From the NCBI GenBank assembly GCA_951406725.2, contig OX597815.1:181846001-181910000 (forward strand): a DNA stretch of 64,000 nt, read 5' to 3'. Made by a program: the position numbers and the translations under genes. Of the stretch, positions 51,522 through 64,000 are shown one piece after another. The stretch is from Octopus vulgaris. Its lineage: Eukaryota. How positions within the stretch are numbered: position 1 is the stretch's first letter; every line of letters starts with the position of its first letter. The notes beneath the pieces are model-generated. The model worked only from the letters and a program-made list of their open reading frames with translations. It was not told where the DNA came from and did no database searches.

Positions 51522-51776
51522 GAGTGAAATGCTTAGTGGTATTTCATCTGTCGCAACATTGTGAGTTCAAATTCCGCCGAGGTCGACTTTGCCTTTCATC
51601 CTTTCGGGGTCGATTAAATAAGTACCAGTTACGCACTGGGGTCGATATAATCGACTTAATCCGTTTGTCTGTCCTTGTTTGTCCTCTCTGTGTTTAGCCC
51701 CTTGTGGGCAGTAAAGAAATAGATAGGTATTTCATCTGCCGTTACATTCTAACATTTCTGCCAGCTCGCCGCCTTG
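51522..51776 (+). mobile_element. SINE family B ending in an inverted copy of the family head
   Basis: Terminal ctaacatttctgccagctcgccgcctt is the reverse complement of the B head. Confidence 0.75.
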
Positions 51777-52240
51777 TTCATACATACATACATCTATTTC
51801 TACATACATACACACACAAACATATATATATATACATACCTATGTATGTATATATATATATATATACACACGCAACCACACATGTATTTTGTGCAAATTT
51901 ATATTATTCATAGTAAATTTTTGTTGTGCTTTTTAGATGTAATTATATTTGCATATATTTTTATTGTAATGCAAATACATGTCTAAAGGTGAATTTTTCC
52001 CAAGTTTCTATGCTGCATAAAGCATTTGAGATTTACTGATGATTTAAATTCTTTTGACTTAGAAAGATATTGTCTTTAGGATGTATTTTATATATTTTCT
52101 TGTCATTATAATTTGATATGCAACACATGAAATAGAAACAATTCTAACAGAAATGTATATTTATTCAGCAAGAATTTTAGAGGAAGTCATGTTTCTTGAT
52201 AGTGGATTTGTGTTCCAATGAAAACAGTGTCTGCCTGGAC

Positions 52241-53078
52241 CAACGTTTTCCAACCTATTTTTCCGGTGCCCCAATTTTTTAATAATAGATTTCCTAATGT
52301 CTCACTTTTTAATAACAAAAAAATCTGGTGCTCATCAACAATGTTTTTATGTAGAAAAACGATTTTTAATTCAGTTACCTGGCTGAAGGATACCTCAACT
52401 CATTTAGTGAGAACCTTGTGCCTGGTGCATATGGCAAATACCCTTGATCTGAGGAGATGATTTCATTAACTTCAGCTGTAAATCGCTACGTTTTGTAAGT
52501 TCAAGCCGGTTTCTTTTTGCTTCCAGCAAATTGTCAACTGCACTGAATCCACATTTGACCAAATAAGATGAAGGAAAATGAATCAATAATTCTCTTGGAC
52601 AACAGATATTGAAACAGAGAAACAAATGCCTAACAGATGCCGATACCTCACTTGGTACTCTGATTGGTTGTAGCTACATCAATTCCCATGATTTAACCCT
52701 TTAAGCATTCAGATTACTATGTCAAATGCAATGCTTATTTATTCATATTGGTTTGAATTAATCACACATCTTGTAGCTTCAAGATTTCAATAGTATGTTT
52801 GTATATTTTTAGAATGACATTGTGGGTTAGGTGTGAGAGGTTGGATTTGGTCTGTTTTAACATAAAACAGATAGAATATTTGGACCAGATATGGCCAGAT
52901 TAAATGCTAAAGGGTTAAGTATAGATATTGCTTGGTGATATTTGTTTTTTCTATTTCAATGTCCAAAGATAGGCTTAAGGTTGACAAATGTGCGCTCAAG
53001 TCACTTGCAAAAATTTTCACAGCCTGCATTCATGCAACCCCACCCAAATTTTTCCATGCTCCACATTGGGAAACACTG
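52241..53078 (-). mobile_element. Internally deleted hAT (Charlie/Buster-like) transposon with a nested piggyBac-like MITE (52694-52918)
   Basis: LLIHFPSSYLVKCGFSAV.NLL..KRNRL..RSDL.L.L..P.I..HQAQGSH is a hAT dimerization C-terminus. Ends CAACGTTTTCCAA / TTGGGAAACACTG. TSD GCCTGGAC / GCCTAGAC. Confidence 0.85.
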
Positions 53079-53319
53079 GCCTAGACCAACATGTAATAAT
53101 GCAGCATGGAGCTGGCGTATGCTTTCCTTACTAGTTCTATGGAAATGGACTTTTCAGTTCAATTCCAGCATCTCTGATGGACCGTCTTTGAGATATGTTA
53201 ATGGTCAAAGAAAAAGATGCTGGAAATTTCAGGTGAAAGTTGATTGGACTGAAATAACATGTTTGATGAGGAGAAGATGAAGAATGAAGATATTGCCCTT
53301 CAAACAACCAATCATCATG

Positions 53320-53985
53320 ATGGCTTTAAACACTGGTGCTATGTAAAAAGCACCCAGTACACTCTGTAAAGGGGTTGGCATTAAGAAGGGCATCCTTAGA
53401 AAATTTTCCAAAACAGGCAATAGAAACCTGGTGAGGCTCCTGGTCTTACCAGATCCAGTCAAACCATTAAACTAGTCCCAGCAGGGAAAACGGAATAAGT
53501 TATTTTTTATTAAACATAAATCAAGATCGAAATCAAAATGGAAATTGTAGTTGTCGTCAGTGCCAGTGCAGCCTGACTGGCACCTGTGCTGGTGGCATGT
53601 AATAAGGAACATTCAAGCATGGGTCAATGCCAGTGCCACCTGACTGGCTGCCTGTGCCGGTGGCACATAAAAATACACCATCCAAGTATGGTTGATGCTA
53701 GTCTATGGCCAGTTGGCTCCTGTGCTGGTGGCACATAACAAGCACCATCTGAACATGGTCAATGGTAATGCCACCTGACTGGTTCCCATGCCAGTGGCAC
53801 GTAAAAAGCACCCACTACACTTTCAGAGTGGTTGGCATTAGGAAGGGCATCCAGCTGTAGAAACCTTGCCAAATCAGATTGGAGCCTGGCGCAGCCTACT
53901 GGCTTGCCAGTCCCCAGTCAAACCACCCAACCTATGCCAGCAAGGAAAGCAGACGTTAAACAACGGTGATGATGATGATGATAAT
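53320..53985 (+). mobile_element. Two RTE 3'-tail fragments with tandem ~62-bp units
   Basis: Repeated cctgactggc..gtgc.ggtggcac.taaaa units and a (GAT)n end. Confidence 0.75.
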
Positions 53986-54787
53986 AACTAGTCCAGGAAC
54001 TCTTTGATACCACCTCGTGTAGTCTACCGAAGTATGTCAATCAGCTGACAAAGAGTTTTGCATACAAATCAAGACCCTTGTGTGACTACATTTATGCTGA
54101 CCATGTGATCACGTGATCAACCAGACTATTGGACGATATACATCATTGGCCACAATGCATTTTGCATCATTTTAGCTTACAAATGATGCTTCCTTGCTGG
54201 CTGAGTGAGCAGGCCAACATTGCCTCCGACTGGAAAGTTAGGCCACCACAGGGTTATCCATTTATAGCTGGGTAGACAGGAGCAACATAAAATGAAGTTA
54301 TTTTGCTCAGTCAGGGAATTGAAACCACAATCCAACAATCATGAGTACAACACCCTTACCACTTGGCCACACATTTACGTTGATAGTATCTTAAATTAGA
54401 GGAGTTTTGAAGGCATCATTAACTGCATATATTTTCAAACAATAAAGTAACGGGTTTCAAAGCAAAAACTACTTAAGGGAAGCCATTTACAAGGTTAAAA
54501 CAATTCCACAAAGATTTTTCTTTCTCGTAATATTCAGTTTCTATAACCAAATTCTGTTTACTTCTGAAACTTAATTTAAATTCTTTTTTATATATATAAA
54601 AAGAAACTAACATATTATTTATGTGTTTCATCAGAAACGGTTACTGTCATAATCTAAAAAAGAAAAATAATAAAATATTTGGCAGTACTTACGAGTACAT
54701 TAAGAGAGAATGAAGCATTAAGTTGAATAATGTTGTTTTCTCTTTTTCTGTATCTCACACTTATCATCATCATCATTATTATCATTA

Positions 54788-54920
54788 CCTTTGCACAACT
54801 TCTAACTCTGGAGATGTACCACGGTGTCAGCTGCTCACTACCAGAGAACTAAGGTAGCACCCCTTATTTTTTGAGCACCTTCCGGAGTATTTGAGCGGTT
54901 CCAAGCATTGCTGTTTTCTG
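54788..54920 (-). mobile_element. 3' end of an R4/Dong-like element next to ATC/ATT repeats
   Basis: QKTAMLGTAQILRKVLKK*, homologous to 36601-36725. Confidence 0.75.
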
Positions 54921-55636
54921 TGTCCTTATATTTTCAAACAAGGGAGCTTGCTTTAATGCCGAGTGGGGATGCTAAACTTCCCTGTTCGAAAATAAAGGAC
55001 ACAGCTTGTTGTATACCCAGCAGGAGACGATGTTTCCTGGGGCTAAATAACAGTAACATTCGTCCCAACCAAGACTGCCACATTATGTTGGCAAATAATC
55101 TTTACTTTAATGCAATTAATTATATCCTGAAAATCACTGCTTCTTTATAATATGGGGCCACTTTTCTGAAGGAAGATATAGCAGATGAAAGACTACGAAC
55201 CTATATACAAATGTTTTTCACCAAATCATTTGGAGTGGCAGACAGACGTTTTAAACAATATATATTTCCTAGAGCATATTAATTTGGTTTCTAAATAGTA
55301 AATATTTATTGGCTTCTGAAAATTAGATAATATCTAAGAAATTAGCTTTCTCCATTTCTCCCTCTCTCTCAAACACACATATATATATATATATATATAT
55401 ATTTATGTATGTATATATATATATATATATATATGACATTTCATATTCAGACGGAAGATTAGGACAGTGAAATTCTCATAACTAGATGGGAGGCACAAGT
55501 TAATGATAAACAACTTTTGTTTCTCATCACTGAATAATGTTTTCAACCTCTTGCTTGTACCTACATACACCATGCATGCACACAGATAGATAGATAGATA
55601 GACAGATAGCTTGTTAACATGCTAGTGGGAAATAAC

Positions 55637-56084
55637 ATCACTAGGTGAGACAAGCTGACACTGAATTAGCTTCGCTGACTGACAGGTGACGGTTGTTTAG
55701 AGAATGCATGGGCTAAGACTACGCGCCTTCATCAGTCAGTTAAAGTTGAGACAGTGTCATGTGACAACTTGCTGGGGCTGACTGCTGGAACCTAGCAGCA
55801 GTATTCAAAGGGAAAAATTTGACAAGTCAATCAGTCGCTGGCTGACACTCGTCGACGCTATATCAAAGAGGCCAGGGAACAGAAGAAAGAAGAAGAAAGA
55901 AGACATGCACCCAATACCAGAGCTGAAGACACCTCTGAAAGGGGAGGGAGCCCCGCCACGTGAAAACGGTAGAGAAGTAGGGGCGGAAACCGGACATGGT
56001 TTCTCCTGATGATGTCTTGAGCTAACTGGATCCTATAAAGGAGCTGTTGTGGTAGCAGACCACAAAACACAGTTGTAATTCCTC
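55637..56084. mobile_element. Second copy of the unclassified ~435-bp repeat
   Basis: Reverse-complement homologue of 5582-6014. Confidence 0.65.
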
Positions 56085-56449
56085 AGATAGATAGATAGAA
56101 TGATAGATAGATAGACATATAGATTTACTGTACAAGGTGTTTGGACACATAGATACACAGGGTGTTCAGGCTAAATTTAACTGTTCGCATGAAAGGGAAA
56201 AAACACAACATCCCAGCCAAAACTAAAAGTATTTTTAAAATATCAAGAAATATCAATGAGATAATGGCTGGGAGATAACAGTTTACTGAAAGTATATAAT
56301 ATGGATAATAAAACAAATGGTTTACACCTGGTAGCTTACTGGTAAAGTACTGAGGCCATGCAGCTTGCTCGAGGGTGTTTATACATTCATATCTGTTAAC
56401 GGTTGTTTTTAATTCTTTTCTCGTTATCAAGGCTAAACAATATATATCA

Positions 56450-56840
56450 TCATCAGCCTCGTCGTCGTTTAACGTCCGTTTTCCATGCTGGCATGGGTTG
56501 GACAGTTTGACTGAGTACTGGCAAGCCAGAAGGCTGCACCAGGCTCCAATCTGATCTGGCAGTGTTTCTACAGCTGGATGCCCTTCCTAACGCCAACCAT
56601 CCGAGAGTGTAGTGGGTGTCTTTACATACCACTGGCATGAGGGCCAGCCAGATATTTCTGGCAATGACCACGCTCAAAAGGGTTTTTTTACGTGCTACCT
56701 GCATGGGAGCCAGTCCAGTGGCAATGGCAACGACCACGCTCGAATGCTGCATTTTCATGTGCCAGTAAGGCGACACTGGTAACGATCACGTACAAATGGT
56801 GCTTTTTATGTGCCACCAACACAGGAGCCAATCAGTGACC
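56450..56840 (-). mobile_element. RTE 3'-tail fragment
   Basis: Conserved tail. Confidence 0.8.
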
Positions 56841-57049
56841 TTATCATATATCATATATCGAAGGTAAAAAATATATCTATATATATATATACATACATAC
56901 ACACACACATATACATATATATATATATATATTGATATATATATCATATATATATATCATATATCTACACAACAAATTCTATCCGACCCATGCAAGCATG
57001 GAAAACTGGATGTTAGATCAATGATGATGATATATGCATGTGTGTATAT

Positions 57050-57103
<54 letters not shown>

Positions 57104-57529
57104 GTACATTTTGATACCTCAAGAAATTAATAATTTTAACAAATTTTATGTCCATTAGATGGTTGGAATGGCACTTCCATGATGTAACCGGTGTATAAAA
57201 TGATATATATATAAGTATACACTGTAGTGTATATATGTATATGTGTGTGTGTTCAGGTATTTAACTTCAGCTTTGATATTCACAAAATTCTTTGAAATAT
57301 GTGACAAGGCTGTTTAGAAGCTAAATAGAAGATCCAATTTAGTTGTTCATAATGAAGAATTTTTTTGCATAAAATGCGAATAAGTGGCAAAAAAAAAATG
57401 GTAATCTAAAATTAGACTGAAGGATCATAAAAATCTTTGCTATTTTAGATAACGGTTACTTAATGAAATGGATCTTTTGTACTTCTAAAGCTCAATTTAT
57501 TTCTACTGTAAAATTAATGATGTTCAAAC

Positions 57530-57579
57530 TCTTCTTCTTCTTCTTCTTCTTCTTCTTCTTCTTTTTCTCCTCCTCCTCC

Positions 57580-57611
<32 letters not shown>

Positions 57612-57858
57612 CTTCTTCTTCTTCTTCTTCTTCTTCTTCTTCTCTTCTCCTCCTCCTCCTCCTCCTCCTTCATCATCTTTTTCTCCTTCTCCTCCTCCTT
57701 CTTCATCATCTTCTTCTCCTTCTCCTCCTTCTCCTCCTCCTCCTCCCCTCCTCCCCTTCCCCCTCCTCCTTCTTCTTCTTCTTCTTCTTCTTCTCCTTCT
57801 CCTCCTCCACCTCCTCCTTCTTCATCATCTTCTTCTCCTTCTCCTCCTCCTCCTCCTC

Positions 57859-57892
<34 letters not shown>

Positions 57893-57898
57893 TCCTCC
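57530..57898. repeat. (TTC)n/(CTC)n polypyrimidine tract, about 370 bp
   Basis: Direct reading. Confidence 0.95.
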
Positions 57899-58130
57899 AT
57901 ATCCCTTCCAATCAATCTATGTACTCTTTTGGCTGTGCTTCTTGGAATATTCCAAAGATCACCATTATTTCTCCATTGCTGCCATTACCGACACCTTCTT
58001 CTCGACGATCAACCTCATCAACCGTCAACACTTTCACCATGGATTGTGAGTTATGACATTAAGAACAGGATTACAGGCTGCAGCAGCAAGTATAATGGAA
58101 CGAGAAAAGTAAACATTTCCAGCAGCAGCA

Positions 58131-58594
58131 GGAGGTGCAATAGCCCAGTGGTTAGGGCAGTGGACTTGCGGTCAGAGGATCGCGGTTTCAATTCCCAAAC
58201 CGGGCGTTGTGTGTGTTTATTGAGCGAAAACACCCAAAGCTCCACGAGGTTCCAGCAGGGGATGGTGGCGACCCCTGTTGTACTCTTTCGCTCCAACTTT
58301 CTCTCATTCTTTCTTCCTGTTTCTTGTCCCCGACTTCCTACGCAACTGCAGAACCTGGATGCGCATTCATCCATCCGTCGATGCTCTCGGTGTCGGGGGT
58401 TGACCTGCTGAGCCTGGATGTGCATTCATCCATCCGTTGATGCTCTCGGTGTCGGGGGTTGACCTGCTTTCTCTTCTGCAGGTCTTACGAATAGCAAAGG
58501 ACTATGTTTCGGACTTCTCCCACTACCGAGGCGCAATCTTGTGAGCTCTGGGATGAAGACCGCTTCGCTCAACATACAAACAAACAAACAAACA
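58131..58594 (+). mobile_element. SINE family C (tRNA-Arg-like head), full length, (AAAC)n tail
   Basis: ggaggtgcaatagcccagtggttaggg..ggtttcaattccc with an internal ~57-bp duplication. Confidence 0.85.
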
Positions 58595-58869
58595 AGCAGC
58601 AGCAATAGGATTCCATGTAGAAATGGTATCAGCAACAGCGGAATTGTGCATTAGCAGCTTCAGGAACATTAGTCGTATAGCTGCAATATGCAGAAGTGGT
58701 CAGTAGTGTACTATAAGTTCTTGTTGTGATGATTCCGAGTCACTTAACTTCTTAACTAAGATAATAGGGCTTTGACTATAGCCATGAGCCAATCAAAGCC
58801 TTGTGAGTAGATTTGGTAGATAGAAACTGAAAGAAGCCCTTCATATATATTTATATATATATGTATTGA

Positions 58870-59242
58870 ATCAAGTAAAACCAAAATCGTAGCTATGGCT
58901 AGTTCCTCCTGACTGGCTCCCATGCCAGTGGCATGTAAAAAGCACCATCTGAACATGGCCGATGCCAGTGCCCCCTGACTGGCTCCCGTGCTGGTGGCAC
59001 ATAAAAAGCGCTATCCGAACGTGATCAATGTCAGGCTGCCTGACTGACTCCTGTGCCAGTGGCAAGTAAAAAGCATCCACTATATTCTCGGAGTGGTTGG
59101 TGTTAGGAAGGGCATCCAACTGTAGAAACATTGCCACATCAGATTGGAGTCTGATGCAGACATCTGCTTCACCAGACCTCAGTTAAAGCGTCCAACCCAT
59201 GCCAGCATGGAAAACAGACATTAAACGATGATGATGATGATG
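58870..59242 (+). mobile_element. RTE 3'-tail fragment inserted in a SINE A microsatellite
   Basis: A-family halves at about 58775-58860 and 59243-59465. Confidence 0.75.
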
Positions 59243-60427
59243 TAGGTGTGTCTGTGTTTGCCACCCCCTCCCACCATTTGACAGCTGGTGTCGGTGTGTT
59301 TACACCCTGATAACTCGGTAGTTTGGCAAAACAGATTGAATAAGTACCAGGCTTAAAGAAGGAAAAAAAAAATGAAGTACTGGGTTCAATTCATTAAACT
59401 AAAAATTCTCCAAGGTGATGCCCCAGCATGGCCACAATCTAATAATTAAAACAAGTAAAAAATAAAATATATCCTTGTAGCCATTACCACTTCTTTGCAG
59501 AACTATATCACTAGACAACAAAGATTTTGCTACTGGGGTAAAAGCAGGTGTTTTAGACTAAATCAGGGATGCTGATTCCGAATCTGCTCCCAGAATTGTT
59601 TCTAGCACATCAAGATTTTGAGTTATGCACATACTCTCTCTTTTACTCTTTTACTTGTTTCAGTCATTTAACTGCGGCCATGCTGGAGCACCGCCTTTAG
59701 TCGAGCAAATCGACCCCGGGACTTATTCTTTGTAAGTCCAGTACTTATTCTATCGGTCTCTTTTGCCGAACCGCTAAGTGACGGGGACGTAAACACACCA
59801 GCATCGGTTGTCAAGCAATGCTAGAGGGACAAAAACAAACACACTCCCGTCTACCAAATCCACTCACAAGGCATTGGTCGGTCTGGGGCTATAGCAGAAG
59901 ACACTTGCCCAAGATGCCACACAGTGGGACTGAACCCGGAACCATGTGGTTGGTTAGCAAGCTACTTACCACACAGCCACTCCTGTGCCTACATGTGCAA
60001 TATTACAACTATACTTTCGGCTGGACATAGGCCGTATTATAAAATTTGCTAAAATGAAGGGAGTCTTAATTCACAATTAAAGAAATAACAGCAATAAAAC
60101 AAACGATGAGAAAGTTCATTATTTAGTTTAGCAATAGATGGCGCTGTCATATTGTGTGGAATGTCAATTATGTCAGTTTGTTCTTGGTAACTCTCTTTGC
60201 TTTTTTTTTTTACTCTTTTACTTGTTTCAGTTATTTGATTGTGGCCATGCTGGAGCACCACCTTTAGTCAAATAAATCAACCCCAGGACTTATTCTTTGT
60301 AAGCCTAGTACTTATTCTATCGGTCTCGTTTTGCCGAACTGCTAGGTATTGAGGTTGTAAACATCGGGTGTCAAGCGATGGTGGTGCAAACAACAAGCAC
60401 ATACATACATATATATATACATATATG

Positions 60428-60763
60428 GGAGACCCCCTTCAGTCATGAATGACCATGGGATTGCACCTAGAAAGTTACCCTCCAAGGTACAAGTCCAGGC
60501 AAGGTTGTTTATGGAAGGCCAGCAGTCGCCCATGTATACCAGCCTCCCTTCTTCACACCACCAGTGTTATCCAAGGGAAAGGCAAAGGCCGATACAGTTT
60601 GGCATTAGGGATGTTGCAACTCATTTCTACAGCTGAGTTAACTGGAGCAATGGGAAATAAAGTGTCTTGCTCAAGAACACAACACGCAGCCCGGTCTGGG
60701 AATCAAACTCACAACCTCATGATCATAAGCTCAATGCTCTAACCACTGAGCCATGTGCCTTCA
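60428..60763 (-). mobile_element. D-type-head SINE with a different tail, nested in a SINE A (60200-60960)
   Basis: Head gaaggcacatggctcagtggttagagc..ttgtgttcttgagcaagacac. Confidence 0.7.
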
Positions 60764-60767
60764 CACA

Positions 60768-60799
<32 letters not shown>

Positions 60800-61925
60800 C
60801 GATGGGCTTCTTTCAGTTTCTGTCTACCAAATCCACTCATAAGGCTTTGGTCAGCCCAAGGCTATAGTAGAAGACACTTGCCCAAAGTACCACGCAGTGG
60901 GACTGAACCCAGAACCATGTGGTTGGGAAGCGAGCTACTTACCACACAACCACTCCTCCACCTCTCAGTGTCGTTTGCACTGCCGTCACGTGTGGCATGT
61001 GTATCTCTCGCTCTGTGTGATTACTGTTTTAACTGTGTTCATTGTGTTAGATCATGAATAGGAGAGGCTGTGTGAATCACCCAGACAACTTTTGTTATGT
61101 CTGTGGAAAATTTGCTCCGCGTGACCAGCGAAGGAACATTTCCACCAAATTAAAAATTGTCTATGAATATTATTTCAGGTGTAAAGCTGGGGATCAAGGC
61201 AAGAGGTGGGCACCTCATATATGCTGCACCATGTATTACTCAAGGCTTACACAGTGGCTGAATGGAAAACGGAAGGGAATGCTTTTTGCTGTACCAATGG
61301 TGTGACATGAGCCAGCCAATCACATCTCTGATTATTACTTTTGCATGACTAATATTAGTATTTTTACAAAGAAGACCAAGACAAAAATTGTGCATGCAGA
61401 TTGTAAGTCAACTCTAAAACCGGTCCCACATGACTTCAAGAACCCTGTCCCAGTTCCCCTCTCACATGCTTCACTTGAAAATCTTGATATACATCACATG
61501 ATGAACCCCCTGACTCTCCTATTGGTGAAGAGTATATAGGTAATTCTAAGAAAAATGAGCCAGGTTAGTTTAATCAAGAAGATTTAAACAATTTAGCAAT
61601 AGGCCCAGCATTCTCAAAGGAATGGGCAGAAGTTTTGTGATCCAGACTAAAACAATGGAATCTCATACAGCAAGGTAGGAAAATTTCCATTTTCCATTCC
61701 CACCATAAAGGCTTATCTGTCTTTTTCAAGCACGAAAAGAATACTTGTTTCTGTACTGATGTTAATGCACTCATGCAAAAACTAGGACACGAGCATGCGG
61801 CTAATGAATGGAGAATGTTTACAGATTCGAGTAAGGTTAGCCTTGTCAAAGCTGTGTTGTCACATAATGGTAATGGAAAACCTTCCATTCCTGAGGATCA
61901 TGTTGCCAGCATGGAAGAAACAGTA

Positions 61926-62159
61926 AGGGCAGCGAGCTGGCAGAAACGTTAGCATGCCAGGCAAAATGCTTAGCGGTATTTTGCCTGTCGTTATGTTGTG
62001 AGTTCAAATTCCGCCGAGATCGACTTTGCCTTTCATCCTTTCGGGGTCGATAAATTACGTACCAGTTATGCACTGGGGTCGATGTAATCGACTTAATACC
62101 TATGTCTGTCCTTGTTTGTCCCCTCTATGTTTAGCCCCTTGTGGGTAATAAAGAAATAA
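61926..62159 (+). mobile_element. SINE family B inside the transposase
   Basis: TSD atggaagaaac. Confidence 0.85.
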
Positions 62160-62395
62160 GTATGGAAGAAACTTATGAATCATTGGAACGCTTTCTGAAA
62201 GGAGTTAATTACTCAGTTCACAAGTGGAATATTTGTGGTGATTTAAAGGTGATTTTCCTCCTCTTAGGACTGCAGCTGGGATATACCAAAAATATGTGCT
62301 TCTTGTGTGTTTAGAACAGCTGCGATGAAAGCAATCATTACACTGTAAAAGCCTGGCCTAAAAGAGATGAGCGCATAGTAGGTCAGTACAATGTG

Positions 62396-62690
62396 GAATG
62401 GAAGCACTCCGTCGGTTACGACGACGAGGGTTCCGGTTGATCCGAATCAACGGAACAGCCTGCAGGCCGGCCCTTTGAAATACAGGTACAACAGAAACAG
62501 GAAGTAAGAGTGAGAGAAAGTTGTGGTGAAAGAGTACAGCAGGGATCACCACCATCCCCTGCCGGAGCCTAGTGGAGCTTTAGGTGTTTTTGCTCAATAA
62601 ACACTCACAACGCCCGGTCTGGGAATCAAAACCGCGATCCTATGACCGCGAGTCCGCTGCCCTAACCACTGGGCCATTGCGCCTCCACCT
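62396..62690 (-). mobile_element. SINE family C inside the transposase
   Basis: 14-bp TSD gtc(a/g)gtacaatgtg. Confidence 0.85.
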
Positions 62691-63280
62691 GTCGGTACAA
62701 TGTGTGGCTTATGCCACTGGTAGACCCATAAAAGATCTTTCTTCCACCTCTTGACATCAAACTCGGCCTCATGAAAAACTTCATAAAGGCAATGACACAT
62801 GAAGGTTGTGGCTTCCAGTACCTAAAAGTAAAATTTTGTGCAGAGAAAAGTGACATAAAACTGAAAGCAGGTATTTTCATTGGATCCGGGATCAGAGAAT
62901 TGATATCTGATAGCAAATTCAGAGGTAAACTGAATCCAGTTGAGGTGACAGTATAGGATTCATTCATGTTAGTTGTACAGAACTTTCTTGGAAATCATAG
63001 AGTTGAAGACTATGCTGATTTAATAAACAACAGCGTATGAAAGAATGGGATGCTGAATGTCCCTTAAAATGCACTTCTTGCATTCTCATTTCGATTTTTT
63101 TCCAACAATCTCAGTGTCGTTAGTGATGGGTATGGTGAGAGGTTCCATCAGGACATATATGAGATGGAAACGAGGTATCAAGGCCAGTTCAATCCACATA
63201 TGATGGATAACTACTGTTGGTTCCCACAACAGGAGACCAGCAAACACATAAGCACAAGAGCAAGTGTCTCAAACATTTCT

Positions 63281-63512
63281 TATTTCTTTACTGCCCACAA
63301 GGGGCTACACACAGAGGGGACAAACAAAGACAGACAAATGGATTAAGTTGATTATATCGACCCCAGTGCGTAACTGGTACTTGTTTAATCAACCTCAAAA
63401 GGATGAAAGGCAAAGTCGACCTCGGCGGAATTTGAACTCAGAACGTAGCGGCAGACGAAATACTGCTAAGCATTTCGCCCGGTGTGCTAACGTTTCTGCC
63501 AGCTCACTGCCC
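63281..63512 (-). mobile_element. SINE family B
   Basis: Flanks ctcaaacatttct / ctcaaacttttct. Confidence 0.85.
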
Positions 63513-64000
63513 TCAAACTTTTCTGAGCCGAGAATACCAAAAATAAAGTGAGTATTCCCTTAGCATAAATATACTATGTACCATTATATTATAATACTAT
63601 TTGCCTTGAACAGAAATTTACTATATACAGTACTAATATACTATTATAATAATTATTTACCTTGAACTTAACTATTCCTGATTCTAATATAGTATTAACA
63701 TATGCATAACTCAAAATCCTGACATGCTACAGCAATTCTGAGTTCAGATTCAGAAACAATGTATTCGATTTAGTTTAGTACAGCACCATTTGTCTGGGTA
63801 GCAGACAATAAATCTTTTTTGTTGCCCAGTTTAATTGACTACATCTCACAACAGATCTTGTAGCTAACAATTTATTGACGGTTATTAGCAGCTCAGACAA
63901 TTCAGTCCGTATATTAAGAATCTCATAACCTTTAACCTTTGTCAATAATGTTATGGGATTTACATTTAAGGTTCTTTTTAAACATATTTATAATTTGTAG

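Larger units (their letters stand above)
61054..63240 (+). pseudogene. Chapaev3-like transposase, disrupted
   Basis: GCVNHPDNFCYVCG, GDQGKRWAPHICC, FAVPMV*HEP..DYYFC, WRMFTDSS..KAVLSHNGN, WNICGDLKV..LLGLQLGYTK, KIFLPPLDIKLGLMKNFIKAM, MSLKMHFLHSH, GERFHQDI..METRYQG. Family assignment is from recalled motifs. Confidence 0.8.
59509..63831 (+). mobile_element. Near-complete decayed Chapaev3-like DNA transposon with at least six nested SINEs
   Basis: Imperfect ~120-bp TIRs (CACTAGACAAC..ttttgagttatgca / tgcataactcaaaa..GTTGCCCAGTT), flanks tat / taa, enclosing a disrupted transposase. Confidence 0.7.

Noticed and set aside
53158-53230. Hairpin ttccagcatct..agatgctggaa as a pre-miRNA
   Set aside because: Only an 11-bp continuous stem with poorly paired remainder.

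Overview
AT-rich, repeat-saturated eukaryotic DNA, intronic or intergenic. The SINE, LINE-tail and microsatellite repertoire looks like an Octopus (coleoid cephalopod) genome; this is inference from recognised repeat styles. No host protein-coding gene can be supported, and nearly all listed ORFs are translations of repeats. Recognisable content: about 45 tRNA-derived SINE copies in four head families; a 5'-truncated RTE LINE with an RT ORF and many 3'-tail fragments; RTE-X-like 3' ends; R4/Dong-like tails sitting in (TAA)n; a decayed Penelope-like element (RT plus GIY-YIG); two decayed Chapaev3-like DNA transposons; hAT, piggyBac-like and Ginger-like MITEs; and a probable non-autonomous Helitron. 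The most interesting signal is a ~450 bp element present three times (about 885-1190, 19838-20287, and 31825-34117 split by a LINE). It has a tRNA-like Pol III head flanked by inverted arms, and each full-length arm carries a minimal hammerhead-ribozyme motif of the Penelope type. The complete copy has a 12-bp target-site duplication. It is a candidate Pol III-driven, ribozyme-bearing parasite of Penelope-like retroelements. Boundaries were read by eye and are approximate unless a TSD or TIR is quoted.
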